Virus record (IMG/VR): IMGVR_UViG_3300048998_000202
DNA from: a virus
Taxonomy: Duplodnaviria > Caudoviricetes
Reading direction: 5' to 3' (one strand)
Length of the DNA: 64,000 nucleotides
Of the stretch, positions 1 through 7,584 are shown one piece after another. Under the pieces are notes generated by a model that was not told the origin of the DNA, ran no database searches, and was given only the letters and a program-made list of their open reading frames with translations. Made by a program: the position numbers and the translations under genes. Each line of letters starts with the position of its first letter. The stretch's first letter is position 1.

Positions 1-116
1 CCACCCGGAGGTGATCCCCTTCTCCCTGCCGTGCCTTACCCGGCCCTGCCTAGCCATGCCACACCGCACCACGCCCCGCAGGTCTTGACGTTATCAAGAC
101 CCTTCGGAGCCGTCAA
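1..116 (-). ncRNA. GGY-NN pentamer guide-like RNA unit A with own promoter (3' end runs off the window)
   Basis: Minus strand: TTGACG-17 nt-TAACGT, then caagacc-tgcGG and 10 perfect GGY-NN pentamers (ggcgt ggtgc ggtgt ggcat ggcta ggcag ggccg ggtaa ggcac ggcag), then the start of a GC hairpin. Confidence 0.8.
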
Positions 117-120
117 TGAC

Positions 121-248
121 GAAGGGGCCCTCCGTAGAGGACCCCTTCTCCTATGCCAAACCTAGCCATACCCTACCCTGCCACGCCAAACCTAGCCAAG
201 CCATGCCCTGCAAGACTTGACTCTGTCAGCTCCTACGGCATCTGTCAA
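121..248 (-). ncRNA. GGY-NN pentamer guide-like RNA unit B
   Basis: TTGACA-17 nt-CAGAGT promoter, leader caagtcttgcAG, 11 perfect GGY-NN pentamers (207-153) and terminator hairpin GAAGGGGTCCTC-tacg-GAGGGCCCCTTC. Confidence 0.82.
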
Positions 249-253
249 CGACG

Positions 254-353
254 GAGGGGCCCCACCGTAGTGGAGCCCCTCTCCCATGCCCGGCCTTACC
301 CAGCCCTGCCTTGCCTCACCTCGGCCAGCCGTACCGAGACCTTGACTGTATCA
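254..353 (-). ncRNA. GGY-NN pentamer guide-like RNA unit C
   Basis: TGATACAGTCA box just after the stop codon of the 357-1226 gene, 10 pentamers (335-286, one variant gccga) and hairpin GAGGGGCTCCAC-tacg-GTGGGGCCCCTC. Confidence 0.78.
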
Positions 354-356
354 GGA

Positions 357-1226
357 TCAGTAGAACCGGGACCAGTACCGGGGCCGCGCCGCCACCGAGC
401 CCGCCATGCGGGTAGGCCCGTACCTGCCGTAGACGCCGCCCGAGATCAGGACGGCCGGGCGTCCGAGACCCATCTGGCTGATCTTGAAGACATCGAGCTG
501 GGACTTGGCGGCCTGCTCCTCCTCCATGAGGACGTCCCGCCAGCGCTGGACGTAGTCCCGGCGGTCCAGTCGGGAGACGTTGCCGGAGCCCTGGAACATG
601 GGCTGCTCGGTGTAGGAGCGGATCAGGTGCTTGAGGGTCTCGATCCAGGTCATGGCCTCCAGCAGCGGGCCCCACTGGGGATAGGGGAACTGCGCTCCCC
701 CGTCGCCGTCCACGGTGAAGGTCTGGAAGGGCTGCGCGATGGTGTTCATGCGCCCGAGCGCGATGCGCATCAGTTCGGCGATCCGGCCCCGGCCGAACTT
801 CGACTGGACGTAGGTCGTCAGGTTGGGGCCGCCACCTGGGGAGTCGATGGTGTCGGCGATGCGGACCATGACGCGCTCGATGATGTCTTTCATCGGGACC
901 ACCAGGCCGTCGTACGACGGGGCGGCCGGGCCGATCTCGATGCCGGACTCGTAGTACTCCTGCTGACCGGTCAGCAGGTATGTCCAGGCCAGGGTGTAGG
1001 AGCCCGGGACGGAGGTCTCCACGCTGTTGAAGGTCGCCGAGTAGTCGCCGGTCGCGTTGTGGGTGGCCAGCCGGGAGAAGATCTCGTTGCCGGTGTTCTC
1101 GGAGACCATGGTGAGGGTGACCCCGGCGTCGGCATCTATCGGGACCTGGTTCTGGAGGATCTTCAGTCCCACCACGTCCACGGCGTACTGCGATACGTAC
1201 TGCCGATCGTTCCAGTACAAGGCCAT
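357..1226 (-). CDS. virion structural protein, probable head-tail connector/neck
   Basis: 289-aa ORF with phage-like codon usage, in the late operon downstream of the capsid genes. Function inferred from position only. Confidence 0.55.
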   Translation of the reverse strand: MALYWNDRQYVSQYAVDVVGLKILQNQVPIDADAGVTLTMVSENTGNEIFSRLATHNATGDYSATFNSVETSVPGSYTLAWTYLLTGQQEYYESGIEIGPAAPSYDGLVVPMKDIIERVMVRIADTIDSPGGGPNLTTYVQSKFGRGRIAELMRIALGRMNTIAQPFQTFTVDGDGGAQFPYPQWGPLLEAMTWIETLKHLIRSYTEQPMFQGSGNVSRLDRRDYVQRWRDVLMEEEQAAKSQLDVFKISQMGLGRPAVLISGGVYGRYGPTRMAGSVAARPRYWSRFY

Positions 1227-1235
1227 GGTCGAGTC

Positions 1236-1889
1236 CTAGCGGTCGGTCGCGTTGACGAACATGGCCAGGATGCGGCTGGTGCTCAGCGTCATGGAAGAGC
1301 CGGTGGGCGAAGCGGTGATCTGGATGCCGACCGAGTGGGAGCCCGCGCTGATGTTGCGTACGCCCAGGACCGGGATGGTCGTGGACCAGTGACCGGTGCC
1401 GAAGGTGGAGTTGTCGGGCCAGTTGGTCAGGACGTACTCCGCCATGGTGGCGTCGAAGGCCGACACCGCGCCGTCGATCAGGATGCGGTTGGTACCGCCG
1501 ATGAAGCCCCGGGTGGGCAGGCTGAACTCGTTGGTACCGATGCACAGCAGGCTACCGGGCCGGTTCACGGTGAAAGTACCGATGGTGTAGCTGACGACGG
1601 TGTTGTGGTTGATGGTGGCGTTGGGCCGCAGAGCGCCCCACCACACGGCCGGGCCGTAGAGCATCTCGCGCCAGGTGGTGCCGTTCCACATCAGGGTACG
1701 GCGGGTGTCCGTCTCGATGATCTGCATGCCCGTCTGGCCCGCACCCCAGGACGGCCGGGTGGTGGACGTGCATATCCAGTCGCCCGTGTGCTGGTCCAGG
1801 ATGTTGAAGTTCTGGACGAAGTCGGTCCGCAGGAACGGGTCCGACCCGTCGGGGATCTTGATCCCCATGTGCTGGCTGGTGGTGGACAT
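1236..1889 (-). CDS. virion structural protein (minor tail/fiber-like)
   Basis: 217-aa ORF with N-terminal 'MGIKIPDGSDPF..NFNILD', typical of fiber attachment segments, and a beta-rich C-terminus. Preceded by the late promoter motif. Confidence 0.55.
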   Translation of the reverse strand: MSTTSQHMGIKIPDGSDPFLRTDFVQNFNILDQHTGDWICTSTTRPSWGAGQTGMQIIETDTRRTLMWNGTTWREMLYGPAVWWGALRPNATINHNTVVSYTIGTFTVNRPGSLLCIGTNEFSLPTRGFIGGTNRILIDGAVSAFDATMAEYVLTNWPDNSTFGTGHWSTTIPVLGVRNISAGSHSVGIQITASPTGSSMTLSTSRILAMFVNATDR

Positions 1890-2029
1890 CCGCTCCCGAT
1901 CCTCTCGTGGTGACCTTCACCCCTTCCGGGGCGACCTGCGGTAGCCGACAGGACCGGTCGGGGCGACTACCAATAGATGTGCGAGGAGCCCCGTACGTCA
2001 GGTTCGTACGGGGCTCCTCACGTCCGACA

Positions 2030-3415
2030 TCAGGAAACGGTGACGTTGCCCGACGCGGCGGAGGTGGTCGTGGAGACCGATCCCTGGGCCCCCACGGTGG
2101 CGGTGTCCACATGGCCGGTGGTCAGCGCGGTGAAGTCGTTGCTCAAGACGTTGCCCGCCACGGTGTGGACGGTGGTGTCCTGGCCTCCCAGGGTGACGAT
2201 GTAGTTGATCGGGGCGCCCGAGGACGGTGCGGACCACACGACGTGGATGGTGCCCGCCGACGGGCTGGTGACCGTCGGGGCCGCCGGGGCGGTGGGCTTG
2301 CCGAAGGCCGCCGAGGCACTGGAGGTGGCGTTGGCGACCGCGCCGTTGGAAGTGACCGTGGCCGTGATGGCGGTGGCGCTGGCGACTCCGGTGAAGGTGG
2401 TCGTCAGAGTCCCGGCGGCCACGGTCTTGGTCTGGCCGGACGACAGGGTCACCGTGTAGCTGAGCACGGTGCCGCCGGACGTCGGGGCGACCCAGGTGGC
2501 CACCACGCCGCCCACGGTGGCGTTGCCGGACAGGACGACGCTCGTGGGGGCGCCGGGGCGACCCTGGAGGCCGGAGCCCGACTTGATGGTGCCGTCGGCG
2601 CCGTAGATGGGGTTCTGGGCCCAGTAGGGGTCCAGGCCGCCGGGCTTGCCGACGTCCGGCTCATCCGGGTTGTACGGCGTCACGGAGGCCGAGGCGGTGC
2701 CCAGCGGGCCGTTGCCGTTGCGGTTCCGGGCCAGCACCTGGAAGGTGTACGCCTGGTCGGGGACCAGGTTCTGGACGGTGACGGTGGTGACGCCCCGGCC
2801 GGTGTAGGTGGTGCCGCCGGTCGAGCCGACCACCACGTATCCCAGGACGGGCGCGGTGGCATGCGGGTCGGCCACGGTGGCCCACGTGACGCTCGCCGTA
2901 CGGGCTCCGGCGGCCACGGTGGGGGTACCGGCGGGGGCGACCGGTACGAGGGCGCTGACGGGCCCGATGGCACCGATGTTGCCCGACTCCAGGGTGCCGC
3001 TGAGGTTCTGGGCGTAGTCGGTGCGCACCGATCCGTCGGAGATCGGGGTGTCGGTCCGAGTGGTGTCGGCGCCTCCTGCGGCGCCCACGAGGCCGACGGT
3101 GAGGGTCGGGGCCCGGTACGCCTGGGTGACTCCGGAGGTCTGGGGCCAGCCGATCATGCCGGTCTCGACGGTGCCCGCCAGCAGAGGCGGAGGGGTCGGG
3201 GTGTACGGGCCGTTGGTGGCGTTGGTCGCTGAGGTGTCCGGAGTGCCGGTCAGCGTGCCACCGGTCTGGACGTTGCTGCCGCCGCCGCCAGCGCCGGAGT
3301 TGGCGGTGTCGGTGTTGGACGCGCGGTCTTGGGTTCCACGGGGGGCAGCACCGGCATTTCCGGTCACACCCTCGGTGTCGATCTCCTGACCCGAGTATCC
3401 GGGCGGTGTGGTCAT
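2030..3415 (-). CDS. fibronectin type III repeat virion protein
   Basis: Three Fn3-like modules (e.g. VTWATV..VLGYVV..VQNLVPDQAYTFQVLARNRNGNGP; WVAPTSGGTVLSYTVT; WSAPSSGAPINYIVT). Confidence 0.8.
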   Translation of the reverse strand: MTTPPGYSGQEIDTEGVTGNAGAAPRGTQDRASNTDTANSGAGGGGSNVQTGGTLTGTPDTSATNATNGPYTPTPPPLLAGTVETGMIGWPQTSGVTQAYRAPTLTVGLVGAAGGADTTRTDTPISDGSVRTDYAQNLSGTLESGNIGAIGPVSALVPVAPAGTPTVAAGARTASVTWATVADPHATAPVLGYVVVGSTGGTTYTGRGVTTVTVQNLVPDQAYTFQVLARNRNGNGPLGTASASVTPYNPDEPDVGKPGGLDPYWAQNPIYGADGTIKSGSGLQGRPGAPTSVVLSGNATVGGVVATWVAPTSGGTVLSYTVTLSSGQTKTVAAGTLTTTFTGVASATAITATVTSNGAVANATSSASAAFGKPTAPAAPTVTSPSAGTIHVVWSAPSSGAPINYIVTLGGQDTTVHTVAGNVLSNDFTALTTGHVDTATVGAQGSVSTTTSAASGNVTVS

Positions 3416-3443
3416 GGTGCTGCTCCCTCGGGGACTCGGTGTA

Positions 3444-4064
3444 CTACTGCTTTGCGGCGGTGGAGGACGAGGTGGTCTTCTTCGCTGCGGTCTTCTTGGC
3501 GGGAGTCGCTTCGCGGCGCTCCTGGCCCTTCTGGGCGGCTACGGCCTCGTCCTGCGGGTTGGAGGCCCCGGCGATGACCTGCTGCCCGTAGGACTCGCTC
3601 TGGCCGCTGTCAGGGACCTGGGTGATTCCGGCGTCCACTCCGCTGGCGTCCCCCGCCACGTTGGGACTGCGGGGAGCGTCCGGGGCCGCCCCGGTGTCGT
3701 TCCCCGGCGCGATGATGTTCCCGCCGTGCTCGGGGACGCCGCCGTTTTCGACGGTCTGCTGCGGGAGGTTCTGGGCGACGGCGGTGGCCTCCTCGTGCTT
3801 GAGCAGGCCGCGCACCTCCTCCACGATGTCGGCGGTGCGCTCGCGCACGACGGCCTCCACCTTGGCCACGACCCGTTCCACATCACCGAAGATGCGAGTG
3901 GTGCCGGACACGCGCTCGTTGTGGCCGCCGCCGGTACCGGAGGTCTCCAGGGTGCCGGTCATGGCCGTAGGGTCCGGGATGTGATCGACGGATTCCTGGT
4001 AGCCAGTGGCCGCCGGGGAGTCCTCCGGGATCTCGGAGTTCTGGTTCTCAGGCTGTTCTGTCAT
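3444..4064 (-). CDS. hypothetical acidic/low-complexity late protein with Lys/Ala-rich tail
   Basis: 206-aa ORF with RBS, ending in PAKKTAAKKT. Confidence 0.6.
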   Translation of the reverse strand: MTEQPENQNSEIPEDSPAATGYQESVDHIPDPTAMTGTLETSGTGGGHNERVSGTTRIFGDVERVVAKVEAVVRERTADIVEEVRGLLKHEEATAVAQNLPQQTVENGGVPEHGGNIIAPGNDTGAAPDAPRSPNVAGDASGVDAGITQVPDSGQSESYGQQVIAGASNPQDEAVAAQKGQERREATPAKKTAAKKTTSSSTAAKQ

Positions 4065-4077
4065 GTGTCGCCCCTTC

Positions 4078-4614
4078 TCAGTCGCGCTCGCGGTTGCCGA
4101 TGTTCACTCGGACCCACTTGGTCTTGGCCTGCTCGCCCGTGGTGTCCACCTCCGGCACGTACTGAAGCGCGAGCCCCTTGTGGCGGGGGCACAGCGGGGG
4201 GATGTCCTTCAGCAGCTTCTCGGAGATGGCCACGGCTTCTTCACAGGTACCGATGCCCCGCGAATCCGGGCCGACGCAGAACGCGCTGACGGTGTCCCGG
4301 CTGGTCGGCTTCTCGATCGTTGCCTGGATGTTCTCCTTGGCCCCGTCCTGACGCCGACGGAAGGCGTCCACCTGACGGCTCAGAGCCTCGACCACCTCGG
4401 GGTCGGACTCCTCGTCCATCAGCTCCACGACGCCACGGGCCAGGGCGCGCTTGAACGCGACCGACTCCAGGACGGCTTCGGGGATGTACTGGATGTCGTC
4501 TCCGGAGGGGTCGCCGCTGGCGGCCCACTCCACGGAGTGGGTCCCCTTGACGTCCGAGGCGAGGACGGTGACGCCGTCCATCAGGTTGCGGGCAACGATC
4601 GAGCCGACAGGCAT
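4078..4614 (-). CDS. hypothetical late protein with C-terminal Cys/His (Zn) motif
   Basis: 178-aa ORF behind the late promoter motif at 4642-4676. Confidence 0.6.
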   Translation of the reverse strand: MPVGSIVARNLMDGVTVLASDVKGTHSVEWAASGDPSGDDIQYIPEAVLESVAFKRALARGVVELMDEESDPEVVEALSRQVDAFRRRQDGAKENIQATIEKPTSRDTVSAFCVGPDSRGIGTCEEAVAISEKLLKDIPPLCPRHKGLALQYVPEVDTTGEQAKTKWVRVNIGNRERD

Positions 4615-4855
4615 GAGGGTCTCCGTTCGTGAAGGTCTTCTCGTCCTTTACGCGGAGTCGTCACGGGTCCAACAGGAAAGGCCCCGGCCCGGGGGTACCG
4701 GGGCCAGGGCCTTTCGTGGACGATCGGCGCCACGACTCAGGTCCGTGGGGGACGGAAGGAATCGGCGCCGCCTCGTGCACGGGGAGCGTGGCACGGTGGG
4801 GTAGACGCTGTCAAGGCGAATGTGTTCCACTGGAGAGATGGAAGATCAGCACACG

Positions 4856-5077
4856 ATGCAGACAGACACCCCCACCGACGACCTGAAGCTGTACGGGATC
4901 TCCGAGCTGGCGGATCGCTGGAAGGTCTCTAAGCAGCGGGCTGACGAGATCGCCTCCAAGCGCCTCCCACAGCCCCTCACGCTCAAGATGGGCCGCATCT
5001 GGACAGAACTCCAGGTGGAGAACTTCGAGAGAGGGTGGGTCCGTAAGACGGGGCGTCACATCGTCCCCAGGACTTGA
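4856..5077 (+). CDS. small AlpA/excisionase-like HTH DNA-binding protein
   Basis: LYGISELADRWKVSKQRADEI...LPQP..LKMGRIW is an AlpA-like wHTH pattern. Start could be 4838. Lies directly upstream of the RNA array. Confidence 0.7.
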   Translation: MQTDTPTDDLKLYGISELADRWKVSKQRADEIASKRLPQPLTLKMGRIWTELQVENFERGWVRKTGRHIVPRT

Positions 5078-5163
5078 TATCGTCAGGGGTTACTGGGCTC
5101 GGCAGGGCTAGGTAGGGCAGGACTGGGCACGGCATGGGAGGGGCTTCCTACGGGGAGCCCCTC
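5075..5163 (+). ncRNA. GGY-NN guide-like RNA unit D
   Basis: TGATATCGTCA box, pentamers 5096-5135 (one variant gactg) and hairpin GAGGGGCTTCC-tacg-GGGAGCCCCTC. Confidence 0.75.
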
Positions 5164-5168
5164 AGCCG

Positions 5169-5262
5169 TTGACAGGCGCTCTTGGGAGTGACAGAGTCAG
5201 GTCTTGCAGGACCACACGTGGGCGTGTGGAGAAGGGGCGCTTCTTCCAGGAGGCGCCCCTTC
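5169..5262 (+). ncRNA. array unit E: same promoter/leader but hairpin body instead of pentamers
   Basis: TTGACA-17-CAGAGT, caggtcttgcag, hairpin CCACACG-tggg-CGTGTGG and terminator GAAGGGGCGC..GCGCCCCTTC. Confidence 0.6.
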
Positions 5263-5267
5263 GTCGT

Positions 5268-5422
5268 TTGACAGACCGGCACGGGGGTGACAAAGTCAGG
5301 TCTTGCATGATGGGAAGGACACACGGTTGGTTTCTGAGGCCGGAACCGTGTGGATGCGATCGGCCCTCAAGGCCGTGGACGCGTCCGAAGGCCCCCTCTG
5401 AAGATTCCTGGAGGGGGCCTTC
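5268..5422 (+). ncRNA. array unit F: same promoter/leader, two-hairpin structured RNA
   Basis: TTGACA-17-CAAAGT, caggtcttgca, stems CACACGGTT/AACCGTGTG and GGATGCG..CGGCC/GGCCG..CGCGTCC, then terminator GAAGGCCCCCTC/GAGGGGGCCTTC. Confidence 0.6.
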
Positions 5423-5428
5423 GTTCGT

Positions 5429-5557
5429 TTGACCGGACGACATTAGGGCTGACAGGGTCAGTTCTTACAGGGCACCGTCTGGTTGGGCACGGTAAGGCAT
5501 GGTGGGGTAAGGCACGGCTGGGCAGGGGAGGGCGACCATCTTCGGATGGTCGCCCTC
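5429..5557 (+). ncRNA. GGY-NN guide-like RNA unit G
   Basis: TTGACC-18-CAGGGT, 11 pentamers at 5471-5525 (one variant cgtct) and a UUCG-capped terminator. Confidence 0.8.
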
Positions 5558-5563
5558 AGCCGT

Positions 5564-5706
5564 TTGACAGGTGCGGGTGGAGCTGACAGAGTCAAGTCTT
5601 GCAGGGCCGGGCCCGGTAGGGCGTGGTTTGGCGTGGTGTGGTTGGGCAACGCATGGCATGGCATGGCAGGGGAAAGGCCCCAGGATTTTAAAATCCTGGG
5701 GCCTTT
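5564..5706 (+). ncRNA. GGY-NN guide-like RNA unit H
   Basis: TTGACA-17-CAGAGT, 13 pentamers at 5605-5669 (one variant cgcat) and terminator GAAAGGCCCCAGGATTTTAAAATCCTGGGGCCTTTC. Confidence 0.8.
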
Positions 5707-5708
5707 CG

Positions 5709-5841
5709 TTACGCCCTGAAGGAACTGATAGAGTCATGGTCTCGGCAGGCCGAGGCTAGGTAAGGCACGGCGGGGCAAGGCACCGCCCGGTAGGGCAAGG
5801 CATGGGGAAGGCCCCCTCGGATTCTCCCGAGGGGGCCTTCC
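5709..5841 (+). ncRNA. GGY-NN guide-like RNA unit I (decodes to major capsid gene motif)
   Basis: TGATAGAGTCA box, 12 pentamers at 5744-5803 (variants gccga, cgccc) and a terminator convergent with the capsid gene. Confidence 0.82.
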
Positions 5842-5866
5842 GTTGTCCTGAAGCGACTACTCTCCG

Positions 5867-6856
5867 TCACGCCTTGGTGATCGTCGCGATGCCCCTGGGG
5901 TTCAAAATGGACATATTGACCATTTCGTCAAATACCCATCCCTTCCAGAAGGCTTCGACCATGTGGTTCTCTTCCACGTCCAAACTGTACAGAACGGGGA
6001 AAACGCCCAAGAAGTTGGGCTCCGGGGTGAGGAAGACCTTGCCCTGCGGGACGATGATCGACCGCTGGATCTGGAACTCGCCGAACGAGGTGATGGTCTC
6101 GCCCGCGACGACCCGGTCCTTGAAGGCCCAGCCCGTCTGGTTGATGTCCCACCGGTACAGGTCCCGGAAGTCGAACGGGTTGATCAGGATCCGCGCCGAC
6201 TGGAGCTCGTGCATGTCCGTCATGGCGACGGCCGAGTACAGCGAGCCCGGCGTCAGGTAGCCCGACGCCTCGGTGATGTTGTGGTTCGGGGTGACCGTGT
6301 GGTCCGGGCGGGTGGCGTAGTCCGTCAGCGCCGCCTGGAGCAGTACGAGCAGCCGGGTGTCCTCCTGCTTGAGGATCGCCTGCTTGGTCTCGTCCTGGGC
6401 CTGCTCGACTGCGTTGATACGCAGGTAGAACAGGTCCTCCTTGCGGATCGCGGGGCGCGAGGCGATACGGAAGAACCGCACCGGAACGCGCTTGCCCTCG
6501 AACGGAGTCACACGGACTTCGCCCTCGGTGCCGGACATGATGTACGCCTGGCCCAGGTCGTCCCACACGTCGTACTCGACGGGGGTACCCGGGGTGACCG
6601 GGTCCTCCACGAGCACGTTGCGGGTGATGCCCTGGTAGCGGAGCTTGAGCTGGATGGGACCGACCATCCCGACGCCCAGACGGCGGATGCCGCCGGTCTC
6701 GTCGGAGAGGATCAGCGCCATCTTCTTGACCTTCGCCTCATGCGTGAGAGGCGCGGCCTTCTCCCGGCGGGCGAGGATCGCGGAGGCGTAGTCGTCGGAC
6801 TTCTTGGCCACACGGCCACGGAGCGACGAGGTTGCGGCGAGAGTCTGAGTCGGCAT
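5867..6856 (-). CDS. major capsid protein (HK97 fold)
   Basis: 329 aa with capsid-like sequence (GPIQLKLRYQGITRNVLVED, QAILKQEDTRL, C-terminal ILNPRGIATI). Follows scaffold and decoration genes. Confidence 0.85.
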   Translation of the reverse strand: MPTQTLAATSSLRGRVAKKSDDYASAILARREKAAPLTHEAKVKKMALILSDETGGIRRLGVGMVGPIQLKLRYQGITRNVLVEDPVTPGTPVEYDVWDDLGQAYIMSGTEGEVRVTPFEGKRVPVRFFRIASRPAIRKEDLFYLRINAVEQAQDETKQAILKQEDTRLLVLLQAALTDYATRPDHTVTPNHNITEASGYLTPGSLYSAVAMTDMHELQSARILINPFDFRDLYRWDINQTGWAFKDRVVAGETITSFGEFQIQRSIIVPQGKVFLTPEPNFLGVFPVLYSLDVEENHMVEAFWKGWVFDEMVNMSILNPRGIATITKA

Positions 6857-6866
6857 CAGTCAGCTC

Positions 6867-7391
6867 CTAGTACTTCTGACGAAGGCCACCGATGGTGATC
6901 TTCGTGGCGGAGTTGACCTTGAGGAGCCGGGCGACCGGCTGCACCGTCAGAGCGGTGACGACGCTGCCGTTGGTGGCCAGCGCGAGCTTCCCGCGACCGG
7001 TGCCGGTGGCGGCGCCGTAGATGAGCGTCTCGGTACCGTCACCCGGCTCGGTCCAGCTCTGGGTGGATTCGAAGGCCGGGGCGAGGATCTCGAACTCGGC
7101 GTCCGGGGCGAGCTTCCACACCGCGAAGGTGTTGATGCCCGACTCCAGTGGTTCGTCGATGCCGTCGCCACCCACGTACAGGGCGCCCAGGCCGTAGGGG
7201 ATGCTGCTGGTCGCGCCCACGAGAGACACGTTCTCCCCGGCGGTCTTCATGAAGACCATTCCCGGCCAGATCGGGACACTGCGGTCCCAAGCGGCGTCCA
7301 GGAAGCAGCTCGCGGGCGTGGATTGGGTCCAGCCGTAGAGCGGTCGGATCGTGCGCTTGATGTACGACGTTGCCATCTTCGTACGAAGCAC
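6867..7391 (-). CDS. capsid decoration/cement protein (putative)
   Basis: ~175-aa beta-rich ORF between scaffold and capsid genes. GTG start after GGGAGGGG. Confidence 0.6.
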   Translation of the reverse strand: MLRTKMATSYIKRTIRPLYGWTQSTPASCFLDAAWDRSVPIWPGMVFMKTAGENVSLVGATSSIPYGLGALYVGGDGIDEPLESGINTFAVWKLAPDAEFEILAPAFESTQSWTEPGDGTETLIYGAATGTGRGKLALATNGSVVTALTVQPVARLLKVNSATKITIGGLRQKY

Positions 7392-7584
7392 TACAACCCC
7401 TCCCATCTCATCTATTCGGACATATGGGCCGTCTGCTCGATGTCCGATACGAGACGGGCCCTTCTCACCCCTTTCGGGGGCTCAGACCGGGGAAGACAGG
7501 ATCAAGGGGGACGGAAACATGCCGCAGCCCCCTCCCGGGATGACGGGAGGGGGCTGACGGGAGCTAGTTGAAGAAGTCGGGGTC

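Noticed and set aside
4971-5006. Guide G read in sense orientation resembles the HTH gene (..KMG..W)
   Set aside because: Only 5 of 12 dinucleotides match, and the orientation is opposite to that of the four convincing decodings. Probably chance.
1-5841. Pentamer arrays as a CRISPR array, simple microsatellite or coding repeat (ORFs 153-1913, 5350-5759)
   Set aside because: There are no 25-45 bp direct repeats with spacers and no cas genes. NN varies at every unit and each run is bounded by a promoter box and terminator. The overlapping ORFs are low-complexity shadows.
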